Source: Hypanus sabinus (taxonomy: Eukaryota). From it: DNA of 64,000 nucleotides. Of the stretch, positions 52,301-64,000 are shown one piece after another (position 1 is the stretch's first letter; every line of letters starts with the position of its first letter). The notes beneath the pieces were generated by a model, which saw only the letters and a program-made list of their open reading frames with translations, made no database searches and was not told the DNA's origin. Both the position numbers and the translations under genes were made by a program. The stretch lies in NCBI RefSeq assembly GCF_030144855.1, contig NC_082707.1, forward strand, positions 55,428,001 to 55,492,000, in the 5' to 3' direction.

Positions 52301-53082
52301 CAGTGGGGTTCACTGGCACACATACTGTCAGGATGCAAAACAGCTTTAACGCAAGGAAGGTGTAGGTGGTTCCATGACAAGGTCCCTCTGTCCCTTGCTG
52401 ACGCACTGGAGCAGAAGTATAAAAAGAGACCAACTGGCAGAGAGGGAAACTGGATAGCCATTTTCATAAAGGAGAGGGCCACGCCAGTCATATCAAAAGG
52501 GCCTAAATCCAGTCTGCTGCAAACTGCCAAATCATGGGAGATGGATGTTGATGTGGGGAGGAAGCTGCAGTTCCCTGAGGTGGTGCAAACCACACTTCAA
52601 CCAGATATTGTACTATGGTACACCAAAGACAAGAAAATCATCCTGGTGGAGCTCCCAGTACCACAGGAGGAAGGATGTGAAGAGGCCCATGAGAGTAAGG
52701 CTTTGAAATATCAGTCCTTAGTCCAGGAGTGCAGGGACCAAGGATGGCAGACATGGCTACTCACAGTGGAGATCGGCTGTAGAGAATTCGCGGCAAAGTC
52801 AGCTGGGCCTTGTTGAAAGGATGAAGAACCAAGCAGCTCGCAGGATGGGGGAGGAAGCAGAAAGAGCCTCTTGCTGGATACGGAGCAGGCGAGAGAAGTT
52901 GAGTTGGAAGTCAGGAGCAGATGGCCAGTGACTTGGCCACCACTGCTGACCCACCAACTGGAGAGTGTAAGGGTCAAAACACTCTATGAAGGTTGGGCAC
53001 TACCTGACATCTGCTATTAGCCAAAGGTTACAGTTACCTCATCAGGTAACTGAAGAGAGCACCCCAATCTATGATGCAAACA
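49369..53082 (+). mobile_element. HERO/R2-like non-LTR retrotransposon with restriction-like endonuclease, degraded, with terminal direct repeats
   Basis: N-terminal zinc-finger relic (CSKTCKN...KIHQ); RT motifs QKGGILGFSGCLEH, LDLSNAYGSIP, GCTISPILF, GFMDN; CCHC knuckle CKFC...HILSGC; RLE motif QPDIVLW...IILVELPVP.E...K..KY. Confidence 0.88.
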
Positions 53083-55315
53083 AAAATGGAGATTCATGGG
53101 TTCTTAATTAGTCAGGGCCTCAAAGATTACAGAGAGAAGGTAGGAGAAAGGGGTTGAGAGGATTAATAAATCAGCCATAATGGAATAATGCAGCAGACTT
53201 CATGGACCGAATGGCCTAATTCTGCTCCTACATCCTATGGTCTTAAATTTTACTGCATGTATCAGTGATAATAAACCAAATTCTGACTCTGACCTTGTAG
53301 AGTTTTAGCAATTCCATTCATTTGAATGGAATAGGATGGCTGCAGAGAGAAAGACAAGTTTCAGGAGATTTACACTTTATTGCTTATATGTTTTTAATTT
53401 TTTAAATTCTAAATATAAATAAAACTAAAAATGAATTATTTGATTAAGAATACTGCTATCTCTCTTTTATGCTCTGGTGGAAAAAGTGTCTATGCTCAAA
53501 AGTGCAATAGCTGTTCCACCATTGAGAATTGCCATTCTTCCACATAGTATAATTTCTCACCCAGAAATTATCAATTTGTACTTTATATTATTGTGTGCAA
53601 AGCATCTGTAGGAAGCAGGGCTGGAATTTTACGTAGACAGGAATTCTGCTCCTGCAAGTCAAATCTTAACTGGATTTGAAAATAATCTTGAGCAAATAAT
53701 GTTAATAGTCTACAAATATAATACAGAATATTTATTAAGTTGCATTTTTGCTGATATGTATTTCTCACTTCCTCCTAAGGTTGTCTAAAGATGTAAACTG
53801 CTGTTTAGGTAGTAATGACACCAAAATTAGGATGAAGTAACACTGTGAGTTAATTCAAACTCAGTAATTAATATTTCTGTGATTTATTTTGTTAACTTGC
53901 ATTGAAACAAATAGCAATTATTTATTAAATTAAATTTATCTTCAGGAATAATGTGAAATGGTTAACATAAAAAAATCAGTAAATAGTTTTGTGTAAATAA
54001 TATATATTCAATCATTATTTGAGGTGTGAACTACTCTCTTACTTCAGAATTTTTTTCTACAAATACCTATACAAAAAATTTCACAATATGAATGATGGAA
54101 ATTCCAAACAAAGAACCCATTTTGGATCTGTTTTTGATGTTGGTAGAAGAAACTTGTTAAATAAAAGTATGTTTTATCGTGTTCTGGATAAACCACCACA
54201 TTTTCCTTAAACGGTTATATTCTGCTTTAACTTCCAGCAGTCATTTTGGATGAGTTTTTTTTCACAATTTCATTGCTTTTTTGAACACCTAAACAAAAGT
54301 TTAAGTTCTTTATTGTTCATCAAGTTAATATTACTAAACCTGGGATTATCCTTTTGGCTAAATCAGAGGTTCCCAACCTGGGGTCCACAAACTCCTCAGT
54401 TAATGGTAAAAGCCCATGGCATAAAAAGAGTTTGGGAACACTGTCTGACATCTCATACATAAGAAGCAATTTAAATAAACAAAAACCTATCTTAAGTGTA
54501 TAAGTTTCCTTAAAATGTTTTTGCTGTGCCTTGGCTATTTGACAATTGTTGCTGCAATGAACAATGCTGTAAAGTTGTTATAACAAATGCAAAATCTATG
54601 AAATCTGTATTAAAAAAAGTGTAATATCTCAAAAATGTGGCAGATAGTTAAGTCAAAAATAATACTGAAACTGAGACAAAATTATATTTAAAAATTGCTT
54701 AATGTGGAAGTCAGGAACTAATTAAGACTATGTTGTTATAGTTGAAGCAAAAACTTAGTGCAGGATAGAAGTAGTACAAGACCATGTTAACTAGATATTG
54801 GTATTTGAAAGTCGGGCTGGAACACTGATTAAACAAGGAAACAACAAAGGTTTGAAGCACCCAAGGGGCGACTTTGCTAAAACAAGCAATATTTGCAACA
54901 GAATTTCAGACAAGTAGAATTGTTCAAGGAATAACACATTCTGTAATGCATCAAACAAGAAAGTTAAAGAATGGCTCATTTGACAGGATAGGACTAACAA
55001 TAAATGAAAAAATATATTTTTGATGGGAATGGTGGTCACAAAACACTAGAAATTTATAACAGGTAAGATTAAAGAGAAAAAAATGTATAAAGTATGCTGT
55101 TAGAGAGATGCAATCAGAAACTCAAATGTAATAAATTTGCTATGCTTATAACCAATATACAATAGCTATTTGTTGCAGGCAGGAACAAACCTTTTGAGTT
55201 AACTTAAATGAGATACCAATTGGAATTTCTCAGACCAATTATATCAGTAGATTCTTTATGTAAAGCCTTATCATGCCAAAAGTGAAGTTGGAGTAAAATT
55301 ATACATATTAAGTTT

Positions 55316-56075
55316 CCAGTAAGATGGTGGTACACTCAAATGCAGAAGTTTCTACAGGGCCAACCAAAGGTGATATGTTCTTTTTTAAATGTAATTTCTT
55401 ACAATTGCAAGACCCCACTGGACATTAAGAACTTAAAGTATTGTGGGTCTAACCTATCTGCTTGTTGGGAGAGAAACTGAAGGAGCTGGACTTGGTGTGG
55501 ATCGTGCTGTTGCCTGCGTCAGACAGGTGTCGGAGTGCGTGTGGTGAACAGTCTAATAGTGAGTGATAGTCTTAGTCTCCTATCTTGTGATCACAAGACC
55601 CTGTTCATGTGGAATGTTGCTAGTCCAATTCACTGGCTTACTGCTGAATTGTGGGGGGGGGGACGGTGGGGCAGCTGCATGGCCTCAGTCATAGCAAGGA
55701 CTGGGCCTCAAGCCATGGAGTTCTTTGTTTGCAGCCGCCCAGTTGAGACGGATTAGAATTGGTGCACTCTACTGTAGTGCTGGCGGTGGTGTGGTGTAAC
55801 TGGAATAGGAGCTGCCCTCTAGTGTTCGCTCAGCAGAAGACAAGCTGTATTGTGTTTGACTGCAGACTGCTGCAACATTCATGGGTTCAGGGGCTTGAAC
55901 TACATTTTCTGTGTGACAGTATTTTCATGTTATATGTACTATGTAACCCCTGTGCTGTGTATCACTGTTGGCACCGTGGTATTGCATCTTGGTACTGGAA
56001 TAATGCTGTTACATTTGGCTATATCCATGGGTATTCATGGATGGGTGAATGACAATTAAACTGGAACTTGAATTT
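55316..56075 (+). mobile_element. Unclassified degraded interspersed repeat (possibly a non-autonomous Rex1/Babar relative)
   Basis: GC-richer block starting aagatggtgg and ending gacaattaaactggaacttgaa, a tail like that of the neighbouring LINE; no coding motif recognised. Confidence 0.35.
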
Positions 56076-56309
56076 AAATGGTATCAGTGTTCAAGGGAAC
56101 ATGTAAGCAAAGAGAAACACTAACAGTTTATAAGTACTAGTTATTTTATAGTTTTGGAGTACAAGGATCAATGTACGAAATATCAAAGAATGAGACCTGA
56201 GTGGTAGGGTGAAAAGGAAAAACCGCAAAGTAAGTGAGAATTAGCACAATATAAAACTTAGGGAGTAGTAGAAAGAACTGTAAGGACACTTCATAGTTAT
56301 TGAGTGATG

Positions 56310-57182
56310 AGGCAGTAAATAAGCATACAGGAGGGAAATTGAAAATTTGGCTGAGTGATATAATAATAACCTCTCACTCAACGTTAATACGACCAAGGAA
56401 CTGATTGTAGACTTCAGGAGAGGGAAACCAGAAGTCCATAAGCCAGTACTCATCGAAGGATCAGAGGTGGAGAGAACCAATAGCTTTAAATTCCTGGGTG
56501 TCACTATCTCAGAAGACCCATCCTGGACCTGTCATATAAATGTAATTACAAAAAAAAAGCATGGCAGTGCCTCTACTTCCTCAGGAGTCTGCAGAGTTTG
56601 TCATGTTATAAAAAACATTGGCAAACTTCTATAGATGTCTGGTGGAAAATGTATTGACTGGCTGTATTATGGACTGTATGGGAACACCAATGCCTTTGAG
56701 TGGAAAATCCTAAAAAAGGTAGTAGATTTGGCCCAGTACATCACGGATAAAGCCCTTGCAACAATTCAGCATATCGATATGAAATGCTGTCATAGAAAAA
56801 GAGCATCCATCATGAAAGATCCTCACTACACAGGCCGTGTTCTTTTCTACCTGTAGAAGGTACAAGTGCTTCAGGACTCACACCCCCAGGTTCAAGAACA
56901 GTAACAACCCCTCAACAATCAGGCTCTTGAACAAAAGGGGATAACTACACATTCTTTCTCTGGTATTCCCACAACTGATGGTCGCACTTTAAGGACTCAT
57001 CTTGTTAAGTCACACTTGTTATTTATTGATATTTATTTATTTGCACAGTTTGTTGTTCATTGATCCTGTTTACAGTTACTGACCTGCAGATTTGCTAAGT
57101 ATTTCTGCAGGAAAAAGAATCTCAGGGTTGTAAGTGATGCCATGTATGTACACCAATAATAAATTTGACCTTGAACTTTGAA
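56310..57182 (+). mobile_element. Rex1/Babar-clade LINE 3' part
   Basis: AYRREIENLAE, NNLSLNVN.TKELIVDFRR, FKFLGVTISED; tail aataaatttgaccttgaactttgaa. Confidence 0.85.
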
Positions 57183-57824
57183 GGAAATTAAACATATTGA
57201 ATAAGAATTTGAAATCTGAGGATAATCTAAATTAGCAAGAAGATAAATTTCTGAGTCTTGATACAGGGTAGGAGATGAACAGCTAAAAATGTATGAGTTA
57301 AAATTAATGGTGGATAGAACGGCAGCAAAAAGATTATTTATTAAGCATATAAATGATATAGGCAGAAAATTTCTGTGAAGTGGGCAGAAGTTCACTTAAT
57401 CTTTTATATGTCTTTTTACATTTCTAGTGGTCATATTGCAGGACCATGTTTAATCTAATAACCTAAACCTATTTCAGTGAACAAAACTGCAGAATTGAAT
57501 AATTAATGAAACATACACATTGTTTCCAATTACAGGCATTATGCAAGTTACAACTCGGAACTGTTCATAAACAGTGAGGGATGCCGAAGGGAGGGGAGGA
57601 AGACAGGCACACAGATATGCCCCATTTCTAAATGGCAGAAGATGCCCGCAACCCTGCTAACCCAAGTTAGCAAATCCATCCTTAAGGGCCGCACAGATCT
57701 CCCAAACATTCAGCCATATATTAGTCAGGCATTTTAAACCTGGGAAGAGTTGTAACTTGTTTTTAATTAAAGTCAAATTACATTAGTTACTGTAGTAAGG
57801 ATATCCAGCACAAGCCTTTTCCTG

Positions 57825-58142
57825 GCAGCATGGTAGCATAGCATTAGCACAACACTTCACAGCAACGGCATTTACTGATTGAGGTTCAATTTTAAGGTTT
57901 TTGTATCTTCTCCCCATGTCCACATGGATTTCCTTTGGGTACCCCAGTTTTCTCCCACATTCAAAACATATATGGGTTAGGATTGGTAAGTTGTGGGTAT
58001 GCTACCTTGGTGCCAGAAGCATTGCAATATTGCCAGGCTGCCTCCAGCATACCCTTGGACTGTGTTGATTGTTGATGTAAGCAATGCATTTTACTGTATG
58101 TTTCAATGTACGCGTGACAACTAAAGCTAATCTTTATCTTTG
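57825..58142 (+). mobile_element. V-SINE-like SINE
   Basis: A-box-like tggtagcatagc, B-box-like ggttcaat, V-domain ttctccccatg...tggatttcc..tgggtaccccagttttctcccacat. Confidence 0.7.
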
Positions 58143-58659
58143 CTTTAACTTCAAGAAGATACATAGGTACATATATTCAAACTAACAGTCCAAAAGACTT
58201 CCTAAGTTGTGATTTTAAAATCTCAATAAAAATGTTTTTTTGTTTTCTTAATTATCTGAGGAAATTCGTTATTTAGGTATGGATAATTCTGGAGGTTAAT
58301 GCTGAACCTGTGCACTTTTGAAGTATCACTTTGCCAGAAAAATAGAAAAACTACTGCAGAATGTATAAATGAAATAGGCTTCTACTAATTTAGTTGCAAA
58401 TATCCTATTTGGAAAATGGAAATAAACAACATAATATAAGTATTTCAATGAAAGATAATTGACCTAAAGACTTCTCACTTAACTTCTTGACATGCTAGAT
58501 ATCTAGCATATTATGTGTTTATTTCAGATTTCCAGGATCTGCAGTTTTCTGCTATTTGAAATAAATTGTGCAACATTGTGATGAATCATGCTGCCATGTT
58601 GAAGGATAATTATAGTTGCTTCTTTGCCATGCAACTTTTAATGAAAGGTTCTAGCAGAA

Positions 58660-58960
58660 ATGCAGTAGTATAGAGGTTAGCATAACACTTAACAGTGCCA
58701 ACAATAGGACTTTGGTTCCTGCTACTGTCTATAAGGAGTTTGTATGTTCTTCTTGTGGCTATGTGGACTTCCTCCAAGTGCACCATTTTCATTCCACATT
58801 CCAACAACCAACAGGTTGGGTTAGTAAGTTGTGAGTGTGCTATGTTGGTACCAGAAGCCTCAAGCATGCTGTTCCCAGCATGTCCTTGGACTGTGTTGAT
58901 GCAAATGATCCATCTCACTGTATGTTTTGATGCACATGTGACAAATAAAGCTTATCTTTT
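58660..58960 (+). mobile_element. V-SINE-like SINE
   Basis: Second copy of the same family, ending gtgacaaataaagc. Confidence 0.7.
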
Positions 58961-60572
58961 TAAAATTTTAAATATTTATAGCCCCTCCCCTGAGAGTTCC
59001 AGCATTTAAGATCCTCCACTTACAGATTACTGGAAATTTTATGTGGAACTACAAATTTTCATTTCTATTTGCATGGGTGATGAATTGAAGAAAGAAATGT
59101 ATTACTACACCTTTTGTGAATTTATCCTATTTCAGCAGTTGGCACTTAACACTTACTTATAAACCTAACAGGTTCAAAATCTTTTCTTCAGTGACCCATT
59201 CCAGCTATATTTCTTAAGCAAGTGCATCTCCAATATAACAGAACCTATGACATCCCAGCAACTAAATTTTCACAAAGGTGGTAATGGTTTAACACATACA
59301 TTCCATTTGGCTTCAGATTTGCTTCTTTTCACTTGGTTGATCACTTAGACAAATCAGACTTTCTGGAGACAAATTTTAATTTCTGATTAGTGTCCCAACA
59401 ACTGAGGCTGGATTGGCTTGGAATTTCAAATGCCGAAATCTTCATGCCCTTTGTAAGTATAAAAGCTTGAATTTACCACAGACTATAAGATGTAGTGTTT
59501 ATTTTCCTTTGAAAGAACAGTGCTGAACTTTCCCCAAAGGATGATACTGAATATGTTAATAAAGTGAACATAGTGTAAAGTTTTAAAAAGATGAAACTTT
59601 ATAAGAATATCTTTCTTCTATCACAATGCACAGCTCAAATATTAACTTTTTCCACAAATAGTTAATATGCATCATGGAGTTCTTATGTCAACAATTGTGA
59701 AACTTTTCTGAAGCAGAACAGTGGATATTATCTTGGATAATATTTAACTCAGAACTGAAATAAGCCTATAACAAAGATGATCTAGTCATTATTACATTGT
59801 TATTTGTAGAATATACTATGTGTAAATTGTCTGCAAATCTTCAAACTGTGATTACATTTCAAAAGGCACTTAGTTGGTTGTTTTTATGAATACTAGGAAA
59901 GATTCTTAATGAATGCAAATCTTTCTTCCTTTGAAAGCAGCAGAAAAAAATTGGATACTTATTGAAAAGGCATATGTGATCGATGATGCAGAAGTTACTC
60001 TTCACCTATAGAAGGCACTGGTTTTACCTGAGCTGGGGTATGAAGATAAATGTACTTCAGAATATTGGAATGTTCTGCAGGAAAGGATAGGATATTAATA
60101 TTTAATCATAGTTTTCAAAAAGAACTTAATTAAGTACTTGAAAAGGAAACAAATTGCTGGACTTGGGGGTTAATTGCAAACACTTTCCCGTGCTGTATAA
60201 TTCTAAGTCTTCATCATTTGGAGGTAAGTAGGTTTCATCATCAAGTGCAAATCAGTAACTTAGCAACCAGATGAGGGGAGTTATCAGGATATGACATTAA
60301 ATAGCTTGTGATGATTTTCTGAGCAAAATGTCTCTTCAGAAGTTTCTGTTTACACTTAACATATAAAAAGAATTCATCCAATATTTCATGCAAAGTAAAT
60401 GTGTGAATTCAGTAAGCATTATCCCCTTAACACAAGGGGTTGTCAGGACTCACTATAATTTAGATTAATTTTTATTTGTAAATTCCAAGAACAATTTTGA
60501 CATAAATTCTCCATATTTATTACCAAACTAATGAATTCAGTCAGCTTTACGTTATGGAAGGGCTGCATTCCT

Positions 60573-60815
60573 AGAAAACTCACAAAATGCTGGAGGAATT
60601 CAGCAGGCCAGGCAGCATCTATGGAAAAGAAAACAGTCAAAGTTTCCAGCTGTAACTCCTCGGCAGCACCGAACACTCCAGTTCTGCCAAAGGGTCTTGG
60701 CCAGAAACATCGACTGTATTCTTCTCCATAAATGCTGCCTGGCCTGCTGTGTTCTTTCAGCATTTTGGGTGTGTTGCTTGGATTTCTAGCACCTGCAGAT
60801 TTTCTCTTGTTTGTG
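60573..60815. mobile_element. Fold-back non-autonomous PLE derivative
   Basis: caaaatgctggaggaattcagcaggccaggcagcatctatgg and its inverted copy ccataaatgctgcctggcctgctgtgttctttcagcattttg; each arm ends in a hammerhead relic. Confidence 0.78.
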
Positions 60816-61223
60816 ATTGGATTCCTGGAAAACTGTATGCATTGCTGTTTTTTATAATACAATCTTGGAAATGCATCCTTTTTTCCAATTACTTGGTTCA
60901 AATTACATATATTGATAAATAATCTGGAAATCACTAATGGCATTTGAGTACAGTAACTTGGGTCAGAAATAAATTTGTGGTCTTTATCTGGTATGACTTG
61001 AATCCAAATTCATTTACAAAACATTTCAGCAGTATTTAGGTCTGGTTTATAGGGAAGTTACCTTTCAATGGCAAATAATTAAAAGTAAAGTATTGTACTA
61101 GTTGTTGCACAGGAAGCCCATTCCTGTTACTAGAAAATATAGTTAATGTTTATCCACAAATTAGAGATGTTCCTCTCATCTCAACTGAAAACTTATGGAA
61201 GAATGTTTAAACAAATGAAACTA

Positions 61224-63230
61224 GGGGCTCCGGTGACATCATCGTCGAGAATGGCAGCTTAAGTCACTAGCTCCTCCGGAAAAATGCGTAATGAGCCCCG
61301 TTATCCCATCAAATATAACATTTTTCAAAAAACATTTGAACTGAAAAGAGGGGCAAAATTGGGGAAAAAGAATGAAAATTAAATAAGTGACACTTCAGAG
61401 CCTGTGGCCGAGAGGAGTGCAGCGAGCGGCTCTCCTACCCGACCTCATGCTAGCCAGGCGGCTGCTGGGCCTCGTTCAGGCGAAGTGGCGAATATATTCA
61501 AAATCCTGAAAGAAATAATGGAGGTCCAGAAAGATATAAAACAGCAGCTCCGTGATATTAAGTCAGAGCTTGCCAGCGTCAATCAAAAAACAGCGGTGGC
61601 AGAGACTTGAATTGAGAAGGTGGAAGATTGTGTTCAAAATGTGGAACAGATACTGAGTAAGACAATAAAAATATTACATCACCAAGAAGGTAAACTGCTT
61701 GACCTGGAGGAAAGATCACGGCAGAAAAATATCAGAATCTACAACGTTCCCATAGGAGCAGAGGGCTCGTCTATGACGGAGTTTGTTGGAAAGTTACTGC
61801 GGGACGCGCTGGATCTTCCCTCGGCTATGAAGCTGGAAGTCGAAAGAGCCCACCGCGCGCTCGGCCCGAAACCTACCCAGGATAGAAAGCCACGCTCAAT
61901 AATAATTAAATTCCTTCGGTACAGCACCAAGGCAGAGATTATACGAAGGGCCTGGGGTAAGAAGAGAGTGTTTTTTGATGATAAATTAATAAATTTCGAC
62001 CAAGATTACCACCCACCCCCCCCCCCCCCCCCCACAGTCCTGCAGAAACGCAAAGAATACTCTGAGGAAAAGTGAGTACTAAAGCAAAAAAAGATTAGAT
62101 TTCAAACTCCGTACCCTGCTAAACTTCGAGTGTTTTATGACAACGGGACGCGGTTGTACCAGACAGTGGAAGAGGCGACTACAGACATGAAGCCCAGAGG
62201 GTTGCCCATCAGCATGACCAAAACAAAAGAAAGCTTTGCTGAGGAATTGTCCTGCTTGGCTTGGGAAATAGTGCGAGAAACGAGAAGGCAGGAGACAGGA
62301 GGAGGCCGAGAGAAATATATCAGGAAGAGACCAAGAGTTTCCCAAATTCAGTCCTCACCCCCTTCAGAACAGCCATAAGGTTTGGCTAACTTTAAAAATG
62401 TTGAGAAGCTCAACAGAAGCAAAAGTACACAGTGATATACCAATCTCGAGAAATACTTATTATAATGTGGATTTTATATTACTTAGTTGTTATTCTTTAT
62501 TCGCTCACTTACTCCTTTTCCCCCCACCAAAATGAGAATATATATATATGTATGTAATGTGTGTGTATGTATGTGTGTATATATATATAAAAATATATAT
62601 ATATATATATATATATATGAGACGAGTACACAGGGAAATCTTTTCTGTGTAATGGATTTGTTCACTGACTTTTATGAATACTGCAATGGGGGCCTTCAAC
62701 TCACAAGTAGGAGGGGTTATCCCCCACAGCTAGACTCAACGCAGGGTCATCTACTCGAGACCTCAAACTTGGAATCACACGTTCGTTGCCATTTTTGTTA
62801 TTATTTGCGTTTCTTGGTTCTTATTTGTTTAGGGAGTAGGTCGATTAAGTTTTATTCTAATATCAATGATACATTGACAGATAAATACAGATGGCTAAGG
62901 AAGGTAAAATTCATTTCTTTTAATGTCAATGGGCTATTAAATCCAATCAAACGCAAGAGAATTTTATCCAATTTGGAACAATTTGATTCATACTGGGAAA
63001 AATGGTTTAACTACATAATGCCTCATAGGCCTGATTTTATTCTCACAAATCAATGAATCTTTTGTAAAAAAAAGATCACTCCCTACTTGTACATAGTTCT
63101 TTCCTTTTGTTTTTTCTTTCCACTCTTTTCTATAAGTGTGTACCTTAGATAAATACTTTGTGGAGATTTGTGATATATATGATTATATGATATATATGTA
63201 CAATGTCTGAAATGCATCTTATGGAAAAAA
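61224..63230 (+). mobile_element. L1-clade element with ORF1 but almost no ORF2, both ends present, ~15-bp TSD
   Basis: ORF1 motifs (LEERSRQKNIRIYNVP, VERAHRA, PRSIIIKF, FDQDY, YPAKLRV). ORF2 start KFISFNVNGLLNPIKRKRILS joined directly to NLEQFDSYWEKW...*. Flanks aaacaaatgaaacta (61209-61223) and aaaaaaatgaatcta (63226-63240). Confidence 0.88.
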
Positions 63231-64000
63231 AATGAATCTAACCTTTGAAGTTTGTCCTGATTTGAAACATAATGCTCTGCCATTCTTCATGAAATGTTCT
63301 CCATTGCACAATTGTTGCTTTGATGTATCCATTCCATGAGACTTTATAAGTTCTGCTTGCAGACTGACAAACTTGGACTTAAACCATTGATGCGCTTCCT
63401 CCAGGTTTGCACTGATCTGAAAACATCACAAATGTCAACACTATCTCAAAGATTTACTGAAAAATAAAGACCTAGGCTGAATGTAGTGTGCACCTTCTCC
63501 GATAATTGTATTCAGTACTCAATATCCATAGAGCTCCCTGCAACTATTCTTACTACACTCACTCTTCTGAGGGCTTGCCACACATCCTCCTTCAGATCAC
63601 TGACAAAGCTGCATGCCAAGAAGTGATGAACAAAGATATTAGATAAAAGGTGAAATCTTACATAGTTAAAATAGTTTTGTGTTATACTGGTGCGCAGAAG
63701 GACTGTAACTTCTGTCAGCTTATGCCCACACCATTGCAGGAAACTAGGATTTAGAACAGATAAATCATAGAATGAATTTGGATTAAATTCTGAAATTCTG
63801 GACCAATCTAATTTTGAAGAGCAACTTTGCCTGAGGAAGAAAATGGTCATCATTTTCAAAACAGTACAACAGGATCCTTATTTTCACCTCTGAGAATAAA
63901 CACACCTCTGGTTTGGCATCCCACTAAATCAAACCACAGCAATTCCCTGGCATCATTCTACTGCAATGTTAATACAACAAATCTTGAAGTACAAGCTTCA

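Noticed and set aside
62487-62890. N-terminal part of the 189-aa ORF
   Set aside because: It runs through a (TA)n/(TG)n microsatellite in the L1 inter-ORF spacer; only the final ~55 codons derive from ORF2.

Overview
This is AT-rich vertebrate genomic DNA. The repeat content (CR1 LINEs, V-SINEs, Penelope-like elements, Rex1/Babar) suggests a cartilaginous fish, probably a ray or skate (inference). Three host genes can be assembled by hand from canonical GT-AG exons. (1) The first two coding exons of ECT2 (minus strand, running off the left edge), behind a CCAAT x3 + CHR cell-cycle promoter. (2) An intact 3-exon, 405-aa THAP zinc-finger gene (minus strand, 17814-23584) with a DHSY HCF-1-binding motif and a coiled coil, which I cannot assign to a named THAP. 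(3) A complete 5-exon, 408-aa NCEH1 (plus strand, 24155-35325). The THAP gene sits between ECT2 and NCEH1, which are direct head-to-head neighbours in human, and shares a 570-bp divergent promoter region with NCEH1. The rest is largely transposon-derived: nested CR1s, Penelope-like elements with hammerhead-ribozyme relics and fold-back structures, a Gypsy provirus (5' LTR, tRNA-Trp PBS, -1 slippery site), a solo LTR, Tc1 and RTE relics, a HERO/R2-like RLE retrotransposon bounded by ~90-bp direct repeats, and a TSD-flanked L1 that keeps ORF1 but has lost nearly all of ORF2. Repeat boundaries are by eye and approximate. Family assignments come from recalled motifs, not database searches.
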